A stretch of DNA of 64,000 nucleotides from Octopus sinensis (GCF_006345805.1 NC_042997.1:47802001-47866000); one strand, 5' to 3'. Numbered from the stretch's first letter, positions 1 through 11,470 are shown. The notes: generated from the letters alone by a model not told the origin. Numbers and translations are program-made.

Positions 1-96
1 GAACGACTTTCAACTGAGTGTACATATATCATACACTCAGCTCGGGGTAGGGTACTATTTATAAAAGTGATTAACACCTCTTTTTCGCCATCACTA

Positions 97-115
97 TATA
101 ATAATAATAATGATG

Positions 116-179
<64 letters not shown>

Positions 180-196
180 TAATAATGATAATAATA
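97..196 (+). repeat. (AAT)n microsatellite
   Basis: Direct reading; occasional GAT variants. Confidence 0.95.
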
Positions 197-245
197 GGCG
201 CAGGAGTTGTGTGGTAAGAAGCTTGCTTGACAACGATATATATAT

Positions 246-277
<32 letters not shown>

Positions 278-530
278 CACATGTGTGTGTGTATTTGTGT
301 GTGTATGTGTGGGTGTCTGTGTGTATCAGTGTTTTCCCCAACATCACTTGACAACTGGTGTTGGTGTGTTTACGTCCCCAAAACTAAGCGATCCGGCAAA
401 GAAATCGATAGGATAGAATAAGTACTAGGCTTACAAAGAGTAAGTCCTAGGGTCGATTTGTTCGACTAAAGTCGGTGCTCCATCATGACTGCAGTGAATT
501 GACTTGAAACTGGTAAAGGAAAAGAATAAA
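197..530 (+). mobile_element. tRNA-derived SINE family A, internally deleted copy
   Basis: Starts GGCGCAGGAG..GTGTGGTAAG like the copy at 55193 and shares its 3' half (CTTGACAAC...GATAGAATAAGTACTAGGCTTACAAAG...GGGTCGATTTG.TCGACTAAAG); the segment between head and internal microsatellite is missing. Confidence 0.85.
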
Positions 531-770
531 AAGAAAGAGAAGAAGAAGAAGAAGAAGAAGAGAAGAAAGAGAAGAAGAAGAAGAAGAAGCAGAAGAAGAA
601 GAAGAAGAAGAAAACAAGAAGAAGGAAGGAAGAAGGAGAAGAAGACAGAAGAAGAAGAAGAAGAAGAGAGGATGAAGAAGAAGAAGAAGAGAACGAGAAG
701 AAGAAGAAGAAGAAGAAGAAGAAGAAGAAGAAGAAGAAGAAGAAGAAGAAGACGAAGAAGAAGAAGAAGA
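531..770 (+). repeat. (GAA)n microsatellite extending from the SINE-A tail
   Basis: Direct reading. Confidence 0.95.
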
Positions 771-799
771 GCAAAAACAACAACAACAGTAACAACAAT

Positions 800-938
800 G
801 ATGATTTCAAATTTTGGTACAAGGAATGAGTTAACTACATCTGCCATAGTGAGCTTGAAAGGATGAAACACGAAGTCTAACCTAGCGGAATTTTAACTCA
901 GAATGTAAGTAGTATTTTTGTCCGGCGTGCTAACGATT
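800..938 (-). mobile_element. Degenerate SINE family B fragment
   Basis: GAAAGGATGAAA..AAGTC.AACCT.GCGGAATTT.AACTCAGAA.GTAA and CCGGCGTGCTAACG match the SINE-B reverse strand. Confidence 0.6.
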
Positions 939-1109
939 AATAATAATCATTTGTATTAATCGATGAGTGTGTTTGTCCACATAATAATTACATATCCAGG
1001 TAGACTCAATTTAGAAGATATTTAACCAAGATTACGTGGAACGGAAGTTGGTACCATATGATACCAAAGCAATTATCTTTCCCTCACGACTAAGTATTTG
1101 TGCAATTCA

Positions 1110-1451
1110 TTATTACCTCTGCGTTGTGTTATTTTCAGTCGTGTTTGTTTGTTTGTCCGTGGACAAGATATCTCAAGAACCGCTGGATGGATTCGAATGT
1201 AATTTTCAGGGATGTTTGGCCTGAATAGATTTTGGAGTCGATCCAATCTTGGACAAGGATTTTGAATTATTTTTCCGTAGTGTTTTTACTTAATATTTGA
1301 GAGCGGTCGGGTTCATTTTTAGTATTCTCATTTGTGAGAGCAGTCGGGTTTATTTCAGATAGTCTCATTTTCAAAATCATTTCTGGCTAATCGTTGAGAG
1401 GACGATGGTGTCGCCTCGGCGTAGGTTTGCACTCTCTGAGCGCTCTTGTTT
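1110..1451 (+). mobile_element. Non-autonomous Helentron-type (HINE/DINE-1-like) element
   Basis: 5' TTATTACCTCTGCG, then GTTTGTTTGTTTGTCCGT...GATATCTCAAGAACCGCTGGATGGATT; 3' CCTCGGCGTAGG (subterminal inverted counterpart of the 5' motif) followed by hairpin GCACTC-TCT-GAGCGC and a T-rich end. Architecture recognised from memory. Confidence 0.6.
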
Positions 1452-1621
1452 TATTTCTATTTTCATAATTATACCTCTATGGAAGTCGCGAACTGCAAAT
1501 GCGTAGGGAACAAATAGTTTAACCTGACTGTCGCTTGTGCTAAAACTATTTGTAGTAAGTAGCACCTATGAATTTGAGTTCGAAGTTTTCAATTGTATAA
1601 TTATGAAAAAAAAGGAAGCCA

Positions 1622-2017
1622 ATATTCATTTCTGCTCTAAGCACATGGCCCGAAATCGTTGGGGAGTGGGCCAGTCGACTAGATCGATCCCAGTATGCAA
1701 GTGGTACTTAAGTTATCGACCCAAAAAGGATGAAAAGCTCCTAGACGGAATTTGAAATCAGAACGTAAAGACAGACGAAATACCTATTTCTTTACTACCC
1801 ACAAGGAGCTAAACACAGAGAGGACAAACAAGGACAGACAAACGGATTAATTCGATTATATCGACCCCAGTGCGTAACTGGTACTTATTTAATCAATCCC
1901 GAAAGGATGAAAGGCAAAGTCGACCTCGGCGAAATTTGAACTCAGAACGTAAGGGCAGACGAAATACTGCTAAGCATTTCGCCTAGCGTGCTAACGCTTC
2001 TGCCAGCTCGCCGCCTT
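1622..2017 (-). mobile_element. SINE family B dimer (full-length 1786-2017 plus 5'-truncated about 1640-1785)
   Basis: Reverse strand reads GGCGGCGAGCTGGCAGAAGCGTTAGCACGC (A-box-like), GAGTTCAAATTTC (B-box-like), central AGGTCGACTTTGCCTTTCATCCTTTCGGG; flanked by direct repeat AAAAAAAGGAAGCCA (1607-1621, 2018-2032). Confidence 0.9.
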
Positions 2018-3457
2018 AAAAAAAGGAAGCCAGTATCAAATTGTTCAAATACTGGCTAAGCCGTGGATGTACGAATTTCGGCCTTCTTATACATAGTACC
2101 GTGTTCGATTTTACTTCACAGGATCTGGGTAAATGTGCACTAATTTGGATTAAGTTTCAGCAGTCAGTCCAAGCAATTGTCCTGATGATAATTTAGGCTT
2201 TATTGATCTCTCTTCAATTTAGCTGCTACTAGGAGGCATTTAATACCACAATGTATTCCTGGCAGGGCTGGAATATTAGTTTGTGACTAGCAGTTCCTTT
2301 AACTGTACTAAATCTTGGTCGTTTCAATTCATTGAGAATTTTCGGTAGTATTTTAAATTGCGTAACTTGTTTTCCTTCGGTTTTGTTAGTTCAGCAATGT
2401 TTATTCAAATTAATCAAATTTATTGTGCAATTTACAATGGACTGACATCAAGCTTACATTTTTGAAAGGTCTTTCCTTTTATCTGCTCACAGCGATTTAA
2501 CGTGTGATTTTGCTCAGCCAAATTATTATTCTTTAGGTTTCGCTCTCGTAATACGAATTCACAGGGACTTCGTAACTTGACAACAGGAAAATTCTGTTTC
2601 ATAGTAATGACAGAATTCTATTGGTGTCGCATAACAGCCATTAATAGTAGCAGAGAAACTCCTGGATATATTATCACAGTATTATATAATTGAATTAATA
2701 ACGTTCATATATTTTATAAGATTATGATTGTATGTGTGTGTTGTCTCTGTTTGAAGTATCTTGTACTATGTACTCAAATATACACTGTAAGTTATTATCG
2801 TAAACATTAATATAATTTGTCATCTGATTTCGTTGTATTATAGTAGAATTGTATCGATCATTTAATAAAATCAAAACTATAAACAGATTTCTTTGTTCTT
2901 TAATGTATATATATATATATATACAGAGAAAGGAAGAGAGAGATACTTATACATAATTATGCTTGTAAGTATGAATGTGTGCGTATGTGATTACTTATGC
3001 ATACACGTATCCTTTATATGTGCATATATAAATATGTAAGTATGTGCCTGAAAGTCTGAGTTTGGGTTAACGTGTTTGAAAATCTATACGCACAGTGTAA
3101 CTTGTACGTTTCTATCTTCAAACGCTCTAGATTAATTCACAAATAGTTTTAATAAAATGAATAAGGAATAATAAACATTTCTTTCTATTCTGTGCATGTT
3201 TAAACATAATATATTTCTTGTTGACATTATGTATTGTAATTATGAATATATCAGTTACTAGTTGCTTTGCGTTCTATAAGCATCGATAAATAAGCTCGAA
3301 TAAATGATATGTAGACAATAAAGAATTGCTGCTTAATAATATAAAATGATGCATATTAGAATGAATGGTTTTGGGTCAAACATATGGTGATATGTCAATA
3401 CGTACGATTGTATATATATATGTCTGTGTTTGTGTGCGTGTGTGCGCGTGTGTGCGT

Positions 3458-3513
<56 letters not shown>

Positions 3514-4122
3514 TCTTTTACTATTGCTCTGTTCGTTATTTTGGACTTCTAAGCGAAATTAAATTCAGCGAAAAGAGAAATAGATCGAACTACGTTTTGT
3601 CCATTATTATTTTTACTGCTTTTAATTCAACATTAAAGTACAAAATGCTTATAGAGCTAACGATTTTCTAAATCTTATTCAAACAATTTCCTCTGAATTC
3701 ATCCAGAACTTATCTTCCTTTTGCACATGTTATCTGCACCTAAGTAGGCGCTGGCGCAGAGTTGGTGCCAAAAATATGTAGTATTACTTCCATCTAACTT
3801 TGTGGTACATTCATCACTTTTCTTATAACAGAACTTTAAAAGCCTGGGGAATGTAAGCCCTGGGAATGAATTTGCTTGATGGAAACTGCGTGACCAGTTT
3901 TTTTTTCTTATATGCTCGACTTAATTATTTACCCTTCTCAATACTACCACGTGATATTTTAGTGCCTTTTGAGGATTCCTTGCTACTGCAAGAATTCGTT
4001 GCACGTCTTCAGTCTGGAGATAAGTTCATCCCTTCACCTACTCAATTTTAAGCGCGGCAAAAATTAAGTTACTTCCCTCACTTCTCGTTTGACTAGTCGA
4101 TGGGAGTGTGCAATTCGTAGCC

Positions 4123-4189
4123 CTAATTAGTGACAGTGACGTGCACTGCTTTAGTAGTTATTGACAAATTGCTCAACCTCTATATATAG
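4123..4189. promoter_or_regulatory. Candidate cis-regulatory motif cluster
   Basis: Abutting CTAATTAG, TGACAG and TGACGT (4123-4142) and CTATATATAG (4180-4189) in non-repeat DNA; motif match only. Confidence 0.25.
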
Positions 4190-4974
4190 TTCATCGTACT
4201 ATTCTAATGATATGCTGATTTGTTGTTCTACGTGATACGGATCGAAAGAGCGTTGCAATAGCAAAAAAAGGTTCTGTCTCATAGGCTTCCGATAAAAAAA
4301 CACGCACTGTCGAATCGCCTTCGATAAGCAATAAACACAATAATTCTTAATTATATTTAATTGAACAGAACAACGATAGCAACGAGCATATCAAATTTTA
4401 TCAAGATTAAAATAGAAATATAAAAATAAAGAACAATGCAAACAAAATCTTTATGATAAAGATGATTCTAAATTAAGAATTCCAGTTCAACAATTCTATA
4501 TTAAAAGTCTTTCAGACGTATTAGAATGTACTTCTATTACATGATTTATATTTAGTGGTTTACTTCTGAGTATTTTGATGATGATTATACGTGTTTATGT
4601 TTTGGATGTCAATGTTCTAGCTTTGATTATATTTCTCTATCAGCAGACGGATATTTTTTCCATCTTCCCGTCCAAATATGATAAGCTCATCCTTGGAGGC
4701 ACGAGTACTGAAGTAATATATTGATGATAAAGAATTTACATAATATTAAATTCTTTTCTTCCCGGTGTTTTATTCAATGTCGGAGAAATTTGTTTTGCAT
4801 TATATCTCTTGAATTCCAGTAAGAGTGTAATCGAATCTGCATTTTTAATGCACTTTCGGAAAGATAAGGTTATAAAAATATACTCATATGAACATACAAC
4901 CGTAGGTGTTTGAATACTTGCTAAGTGGTCAATATAAAATTTGCATAAGCAGTTTTTATATAAAAGAATATCGG

Positions 4975-5075
4975 CATACACACACACACACACACACATA
5001 TATCTATCTATCTACCTATTTATCTATCTATCTATCTATCTAATCTATCTATCATCTATCTATATATCTATCTTA

Positions 5076-5114
<39 letters not shown>

Positions 5115-5247
5115 ATATATAATATATTATATATAATATATAGATATATATATATATATATAATTACATGTATATATATATATATATATATATGTATTAT
5201 AGATATATTTTATATATATTATATATATATATATATTATATATATAT
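4975..5247. repeat. Compound (CA)n/(TATC)n/(TA)n microsatellite
   Basis: Direct reading. Confidence 0.95.
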
Positions 5248-8064
5248 AAAACTTAGATAAAACTTAATAATTTTCGACCAAAGATTGGTCCAGGCCATGT
5301 CTAACTTAATAGCACCACCTGATAGGATTATTCGAATCCTGTTTAAGTCAAGTTTTGTTCAAGTAGTGAGTTCTTGTTGGGTGAGTTGTATCCAGTTTTG
5401 TTCAAGTAGTGAGTTCTTGTTGGGTGAGTTGTATCCAATTATGGTTGGCTTGTCTGGTATTCTTTGAAGGAATCTATCCAGACTCTGTTTGAAGTTGATG
5501 GGATCCTTTTCCTCTTTGATCTCCCTCGGGACAATGTTAAATAGGGCAGGGCCTGTTGAGGAAAAGAAATTATGTTGCAGTGTACATGTATGTTGTGATC
5601 TTGAATTGGGCAGGGGACGTATAGCCCGTGGTCCAAGTCTCGGATGAACCTTGAAGCTAATGTTTAGGTCGTTTGGGCAAAGTTGGCGGTATATTTTCCA
5701 CATCGTACAAATGATGTACCGCTCACGGCGACGCTGGAGGGAGTAAAGTTTCAAGGCTTTAAGCGATCCCAATAGTCGAGAGCAGCCATGCCTTCAATTT
5801 GTTTAGTGAGAGCCCTCTGGGGTGACTCAATTCTGGAGATGTTTGTCTTGTGTGAGGAGACCACAGTGGGCAGCAGTATTCAAGGTGTGGCCGTACAAAG
5901 GATGAAAAAAGTGGTATGATGACACCTTGTTCTCTGGACCGGAAAGTTCTTAAGATCCAGGAACTCATCCTACGAGCTGTATCGACCTTCTTGTTGATGT
6001 GTGCACTCCAACTGAGATCGTCATCAACAATTACACCCAGGTCTCTGATATTGTTAGAGGCTGTGAGCGGTTCCTCTGAAGGAAGAGAGTATGGTTGTTT
6101 TAGTGAGAAATTTCTTCCAAAATGCATCAGCTCAAATTTTCCCTCATTCAGTTGCATTTTGTTTCTGTCTGCCCATTGACTCACAGCATATAGGTCAGAC
6201 TGGAGTTGAGTTCGGTCTGCTTCTTCATTGACGATTTGCTGGAGCTTTGTGTCATCAGCGAATATTTTCACTTTGCAGTGATGTACGACACTGGAAAGGT
6301 CGTTTACATAAATTATGAAGAGTAGCGGACATAAAAAAAAGTTCCCTGGGGAACACCGCTGGTGACTTTTGCTGGGTTTGAGTGGACTCCATCAACTACA
6401 ACATGTTGTGTTCTATTCGCTAGGAAATACTGAATCCAGTGTAGAACTTTTCCACGGATTGCAACATTTGCCAATTTTGAGAGTAGGATGTTATGGTCTA
6501 CCCTGTCGAACGCTTTACTGAAGTCAAGGTATATGACGTCAGAGTTCGAACCTGTTCCCAAGGCTTTGAGTACATCTTCAATGTGGTGTAAGAGCTGTGT
6601 TAGACAGTCCCTGCCACAGCGAAAGCCATGTTGATTTGCATTTAGGAGTTTGTGGGTCTCCAGAAGTCAGCTATCCTTGATCTTAACACTCTTTCAAACA
6701 CTTTAATGATGTGGGAGGTGAGTGAGATTGGGCGATAGTTGACTGCGAGGGATCTGTTCCCTGTTTGAAAACCGGGATGACCGACTGGGATAGAAACTTT
6801 TTCGGTATATAACCTGCGTCTAACGAGTTTCTCCAGAGGTTGGTCAGAGGGACTGCAAGTTGATATCTACATTCCTTCAGGAGACTGGCGGGAATCTATC
6901 AGGGCCTACAGCGGAGTAATGTTTGACCTCATTTATTGCTGCTACGATGTCGGTGGCAGTGAAGGTTATGTCTGCGATTTTGTGTTGGGAGTCAGCTTCG
7001 TTCGTTTCCCTCACATCAATATCAGTGGGAACACTGAAGACAGAGCAATATTGTTTCTGCAGTATTTCTGCCATTTCTTTAGCATCGTGTTGGGGAATGT
7101 CGTTTTCATCAATCAATGGCCCAATAGGTGAGACAGTGGTTCTATGCTTATTTGCATAAGAATAGAACACTTTTGGGTTCTGTTTGATGTTTTTGATTAC
7201 CCATTGTTCCTCCACAGCTCTTTGATTTTCAATGGAGGTTTTCATGTTAGTCTGCAGATGAAGTTTTTCCAGCTCTAGTCTTTTCATTGTTGTTGAATGT
7301 GGATGTTGCGTGTGGGATATTTTAATTGGTTGATTTTTTTGTTGAGTCTTTTGATGCGCCTGATGAGTGTTTTTTCTTTTTAGGGAGCCGGTTTCTGTTG
7401 GTGTTAGTAGATTTCTTGGGAGCGTGTTTAGAGCATGTGTCGGTGACAATGGTTTCAAAGTGCTGCCACGCGGTCTCAATATGAGGGGAATTGAGAGTAA
7501 ACGACCAGTCGATGGAAGACAGATCCTTTCTGATTGTTCCCCAGTCCGCTTTGTGGAAATTTATGTTGTCAAATGGGTGCCATGGAGTGGGATTGGCTGG
7601 TTTGGTTTTTATACGTCGGGAATTAAGATTGCAGAGTACCATGTCGTGGTCTGAGAGGAGAGTTTTTTCGACTGAAATGCTGTGAACGTAGCTAGAGTGA
7701 TGGTCAGTACCAGATCCAAGATCGTTTTATTCTGTCTCGTTGGTTCAAGCACTAGCTGAGTCAGGAAATACTCATCCATCAGATTAAAGAGCAGTTCTGC
7801 TGCTGCCCTATCTGATGTAGAGCACTTGCCTAACTTCGGAGTATTTGTGGTCCAGTTCACATGAGGGAGGTTTAAATCACCCATCACTATTATGTTTCCG
7901 GAGTGGTACTTCCGAAGGAAGGACTTGACTTTGCTAAGGCACTCTTCAAAGTACTTTAGAGGTGCCTGGGGAGGCCTGTAAAGACCAACAATGGTTATGT
8001 CCTTGGCTTTGTTGTATACTGATACCGATTCACAATAGCCATTGGAAAATGTGTCCTTGGCATC
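5248..8064 (-). mobile_element. CR1-like LINE, 5'-truncated ORF2 (APE endonuclease plus reverse transcriptase), broken by frameshifts
   Basis: ORF-track fragments show EN motifs (IVGLYRPP, VMGDLNLPHVNW, LTQLVLEPTR), RT motifs (VIYLDFSKAFDRVDH, VTSGVPQG, IFADDTKL) and the CR1-type C-terminus (FVRPHLEYCCPLWSP; FKQSLDRFLQRIPDKP), split over at least six frames. Confidence 0.92.
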
Positions 8065-8065
8065 A

Positions 8066-8133
<68 letters not shown>

Positions 8134-8138
<5 letters not shown>

Positions 8139-8345
8139 ACTCAGTGGTTAGAGCTTCAAGCTAACAATCGTGATGTTTCGACGTCGATTCCCGGACTGGG
8201 CAAAAGGACTGAGTTGTAACTTCGCTGGTGGCAAGTTATATTAGCCTTTCTTTTTCCCTCGGTCTACACGAGGGCATGGATTTGGGAGACTGGTATGCAT
8301 GAATGACTGCTGGTCTTCAACAACAGAACTTATCCGATTTGATCT
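8134..8345 (+). mobile_element. tRNA-derived SINE family C, degenerate
   Basis: A-box-like CTCAGTGGTTAGAGC, B-box-like GTCGATTCCC; GCATGAATGACTGCTGGTCTT corresponds to the reverse of 13024-13270. Confidence 0.65.
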
Positions 8346-8559
8346 TACAAATACATTCCCTACTTTTAGGTCACATTAAATAAAACCCTTGATACAATAG
8401 CACTGTGTACAAGCTCTATACTTGGAATGACCAATTTTAGATACTATTGGATTATACTCACACGGATTGCAATATTATATGTATACCATTCTGCATAAAT
8501 AATGGATCTACGAATGCAATATCCCAGCAAATATCACATCTCTTTTCATTCCTCCACTT

Positions 8560-8724
8560 CACTCTCTATTTCGTATCTTATCTACAGTAACTATTACTTG
8601 ACTACTTTCTCACACCGTCTCCGATGAAGGGATATAATAAATACCCTGGAAACAGCTGTAAGACCTTCTATTTAGAAATGTTCTAAAATCTTCACAGCCT
8701 TGGTTTTTTTATCTCATTCTGAAA

Positions 8725-8727
<3 letters not shown>
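8560..8727 (+). mobile_element. Penelope-like element terminal (pLTR) remnant
   Basis: Carries a hammerhead-type motif, followed by a T-rich stretch ending at a (TA)n tract. Confidence 0.55.
8617..8664 (+). ncRNA. Minimal type-I hammerhead ribozyme motif (variant core)
   Basis: GUCU-CCGAUGA-AGGG..CCCU-G-GAAAC-AGCU-GUA-AGAC: stem I GUCU/AGAC, self-complementary stem III ACAGCUGU, GUA cleavage triplet; core has U4C and one extra G. Confidence 0.6.
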
Positions 8728-8785
<58 letters not shown>

Positions 8786-8835
8786 CATGTATGTATGTAT
8801 GTATGTATGTATGTATGTATGTATGTATGTATGTA
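8728..8835. repeat. (TA)n/(TATG)n microsatellite
   Basis: Direct reading. Confidence 0.95.
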
Positions 8836-9087
8836 TAACGAAAAAGTCAAGGTAGAACATGCTAAAATAATTTTATCATACAAAACACTTTAGTATTGGT
8901 TTCAGTCATTGAGAGTTTTTGGACTCTAAGTATGGAAAACATTTAAAGTTTGGAAAAATTAAATGAAATTTTTTATTTAAAAGAATATTTGCAAAGTATT
9001 CAAATACAAGGGGCAATTTCCTGGCTTCTGCTTGTCTCTGTCTCTCTTGTTTACTCTTGTGGGTTCGAGGTTGTTGTGAATTCTTGG

Positions 9088-9245
9088 CAGAGAAGAAGAA
9101 GAAGAAGAAGAAGAGAAGAAGAAGAAGAGAAGAAGAAGAAGAAGGAGAAGAAGGAAAGGAGAAGAAGAAGAAGAAGAACAAGAAGAAGAAGAACAAGAAC
9201 AAGAACAAGAACAAGAACAAGAAGAACAAGAACAAGAACAAGAAT
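9088..9245 (+). repeat. (GAA)n grading into (GAACAA)n
   Basis: Direct reading. Confidence 0.9.
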
Positions 9246-9640
9246 GTGGGAGTGGTATGATAGTGCTAGGATGATAGATGCTCAAGTGCGCTGAAAGTGA
9301 CTTGTTGTGAATGGTAGTAGTGATTGAATTCTTGAGATATCTCTTTTGAATGCATTGTTTTTAATATTTGCACAGGTGTTGTTCTAAATAGCGGTAGTAG
9401 TAAAGTAAGGAATGAAGCGGCGGAGAGGAAGACGAAGAAGGAAAAGAGAAAGAATAATAAAAGAATGCGTGAGTGGTATGATACTTGTAGGATGTTAAAT
9501 GGTCAAGTGACCTAAAAGTGACTCGTTGTGGATTATAGCAGTGATTGGGACTGTTTTTAATGAATTCATCGGTATCTCTTTTGAAGGTATCATTTTTAAT
9601 ATTTACGTGTGTGTTACTGTAAGGTCGTTGTGGATATTTA
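9245..9640 (-). mobile_element. Two tandem diverged LINE 3'-end remnants (period about 221 bp)
   Basis: GAGTGGTATGATA anchors at 9250 and 9471 with colinear similarity (CAAGTG, AAAGTGACT, AGTGATTG, TATCTCTTTTGAA, TTTTTAATATTT); minus-strand translation DTFKRDTDEFIKNSPNH resembles the C-terminus of the CR1-like copy at 5359-5772. Confidence 0.5.
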
Positions 9641-9669
9641 AAAAAACGGCGGGAACTTAGTTGCAATCC

Positions 9670-9707
<38 letters not shown>

Positions 9708-11032
9708 GTATGCACCTGATGAAAAAGTACAACGTACGATGCCCCTAATGAGCTTTTGAAAGAGCTGTAGTACTCGATCATTTCCTCGGTCTTTTTCATT
9801 ACAGATTATCGTATCATCAGCAGTATTTGTCGCTTTCGAAACGGCTGAATGGGGCTAATACCATCGTGATTTAAGACTGACTGAAACACAGAGATAACAT
9901 TAAGCACACGAACTATTCACAGTAACACAATAACTGGCAGTAACTCTTCTGTACTAATTCACTTTCAATAGTATCAAACACTCTCAACAATTATCGTAAC
10001 GCGATTTCAATATTATAACATTCAAACTCTCTCACAATAAATAAAATTTATTCGTAAAAGAAACTCATCTAAACAGATTTCGTCATTTTCGTCTATACAC
10101 AACTGCTGACATCCAGCGATGCAACTAAAAGTCAGCTCCCAAAATTAACAGTCAAATACAGCCTCCGGTAATCAGCAATCAGCTTGAACTATCACTGGGC
10201 ACTACATTCAACAACCAGAAATCTAACTTAGTGAACATAACTTAGTGTAATTGTGATGTTACCTGGTAGGCATTTCACCTAATTTAATTTACTAGTATAC
10301 CAGAACCTGGATCCTACATTACTCTTTGATGTTACTACTTCATGGTGTTGTGTAGATCTGGCTACAATTAACACACTTTCCGCACAACTAACTTATTAAT
10401 TTGATTATTTTCCTAATCCGCTTAATGACACACTAGACCCTAAATCGTACTAGCCATGTTTTATATTTCCTTTTTCTACAGGCCCAACGATCTTAAACGT
10501 AGGTATATGAGCGTGCGCATGCATATTCGTGCGTATGAATTTGTATCTCTATAATTACAAATAGAAGATCGTTAACTTGCGAATTTTTTTTTGTCGCACG
10601 ATTTCTTATTTCTGGCATTACATTTAATTAAATTTCATATATATTTTGTGTAGGTGTGTGTGTGTGCGTGTGTGTATTTACAATTATACTTCATATTTTA
10701 GCACTACTTTGATATCATACGATTATATTCGCTTGTAAATATTTATTCTCAAATGTTTATGTACTTGTAGTTATATTCTATTCCCTTACTCTCATATAGA
10801 TTACATACTGGTATATTAGAATATGTGTATATCGAAGAGGGTATATATATATATATATATAAGTTCAGCAACAATATATATAAGTTCAGCAATAATTGGC
10901 TGAAGAGCACTCAGCATCTTAAATCTGCTGTAATACTTACAACTTTTAATAAAATGTTGTAGTGCGAAACAATTATACCAAATTACCGGAGTCATTCTTG
11001 TTGCTTATTTTTGATTACATGTATATATATAT

Positions 11033-11470
11033 ACGAGAAAGAAGCAACAAGAATGGATTAGTTTTTAGTACAATTGTTTCATACAAAGAAAAAGAAAAAA
11101 GAAAAAGGAAAAGTCTGATAAGTCTGTGCATCATCCTCCTCATATCTCTGGAAATTTAAAATCTACACTATGGATTGATTCATCTTCTCTTCGAAACTAA
11201 ATTTTTTAAAAATCTGTGATAAGACTGTGCATCATCATTAAGGAACTTTTGAAAACTGTTTACAACCTATATCTGCCTCTAATGGAACTATCTCCAATAT
11301 CTCATGAGTATAACCTCACCCACTAAGATGTCTGGAGAACTCAAATGTATTTTAGCTGATGAGTACGGGACACTTTTATCTGCTGCAATTTTTGCAACTT
11401 GTAATAAAGCCTGTCTTTGTATGAAACAATTGTACTAAAAACTAATCCATTCTTGTTGCTTCTTTCTCGT
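11033..11470. repeat. Perfect 57-bp inverted repeat (11033-11089 / 11414-11470) with 324-bp spacer; MITE-like or foldback
   Basis: ACGAGAAAGAAGCAACAAGAATGGATTAGTTTTTAGTACAATTGTTTCATACAAAGA and its exact reverse complement. Confidence 0.9.

Noticed and set aside
67-871. Many ORFs in the track with poly-N, I, Y, K, R, L or YI/CV/HT runs, here and throughout the window
   Set aside because: They are translations of microsatellites, which lack stop codons in some frames; there is no coding evidence.
2122-2128. TTTTACTTCACAG|GATCTGG|GTAAAT possible 7-nt exon
   Set aside because: No clear branch site and not frame-preserving; such matches are expected by chance in AT-rich DNA.
11355-11380. CTGATGAG followed by TACGGGACAC, resembling a hammerhead 5' core
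   Set aside because: No stem II closing onto GAAA and no stem III.
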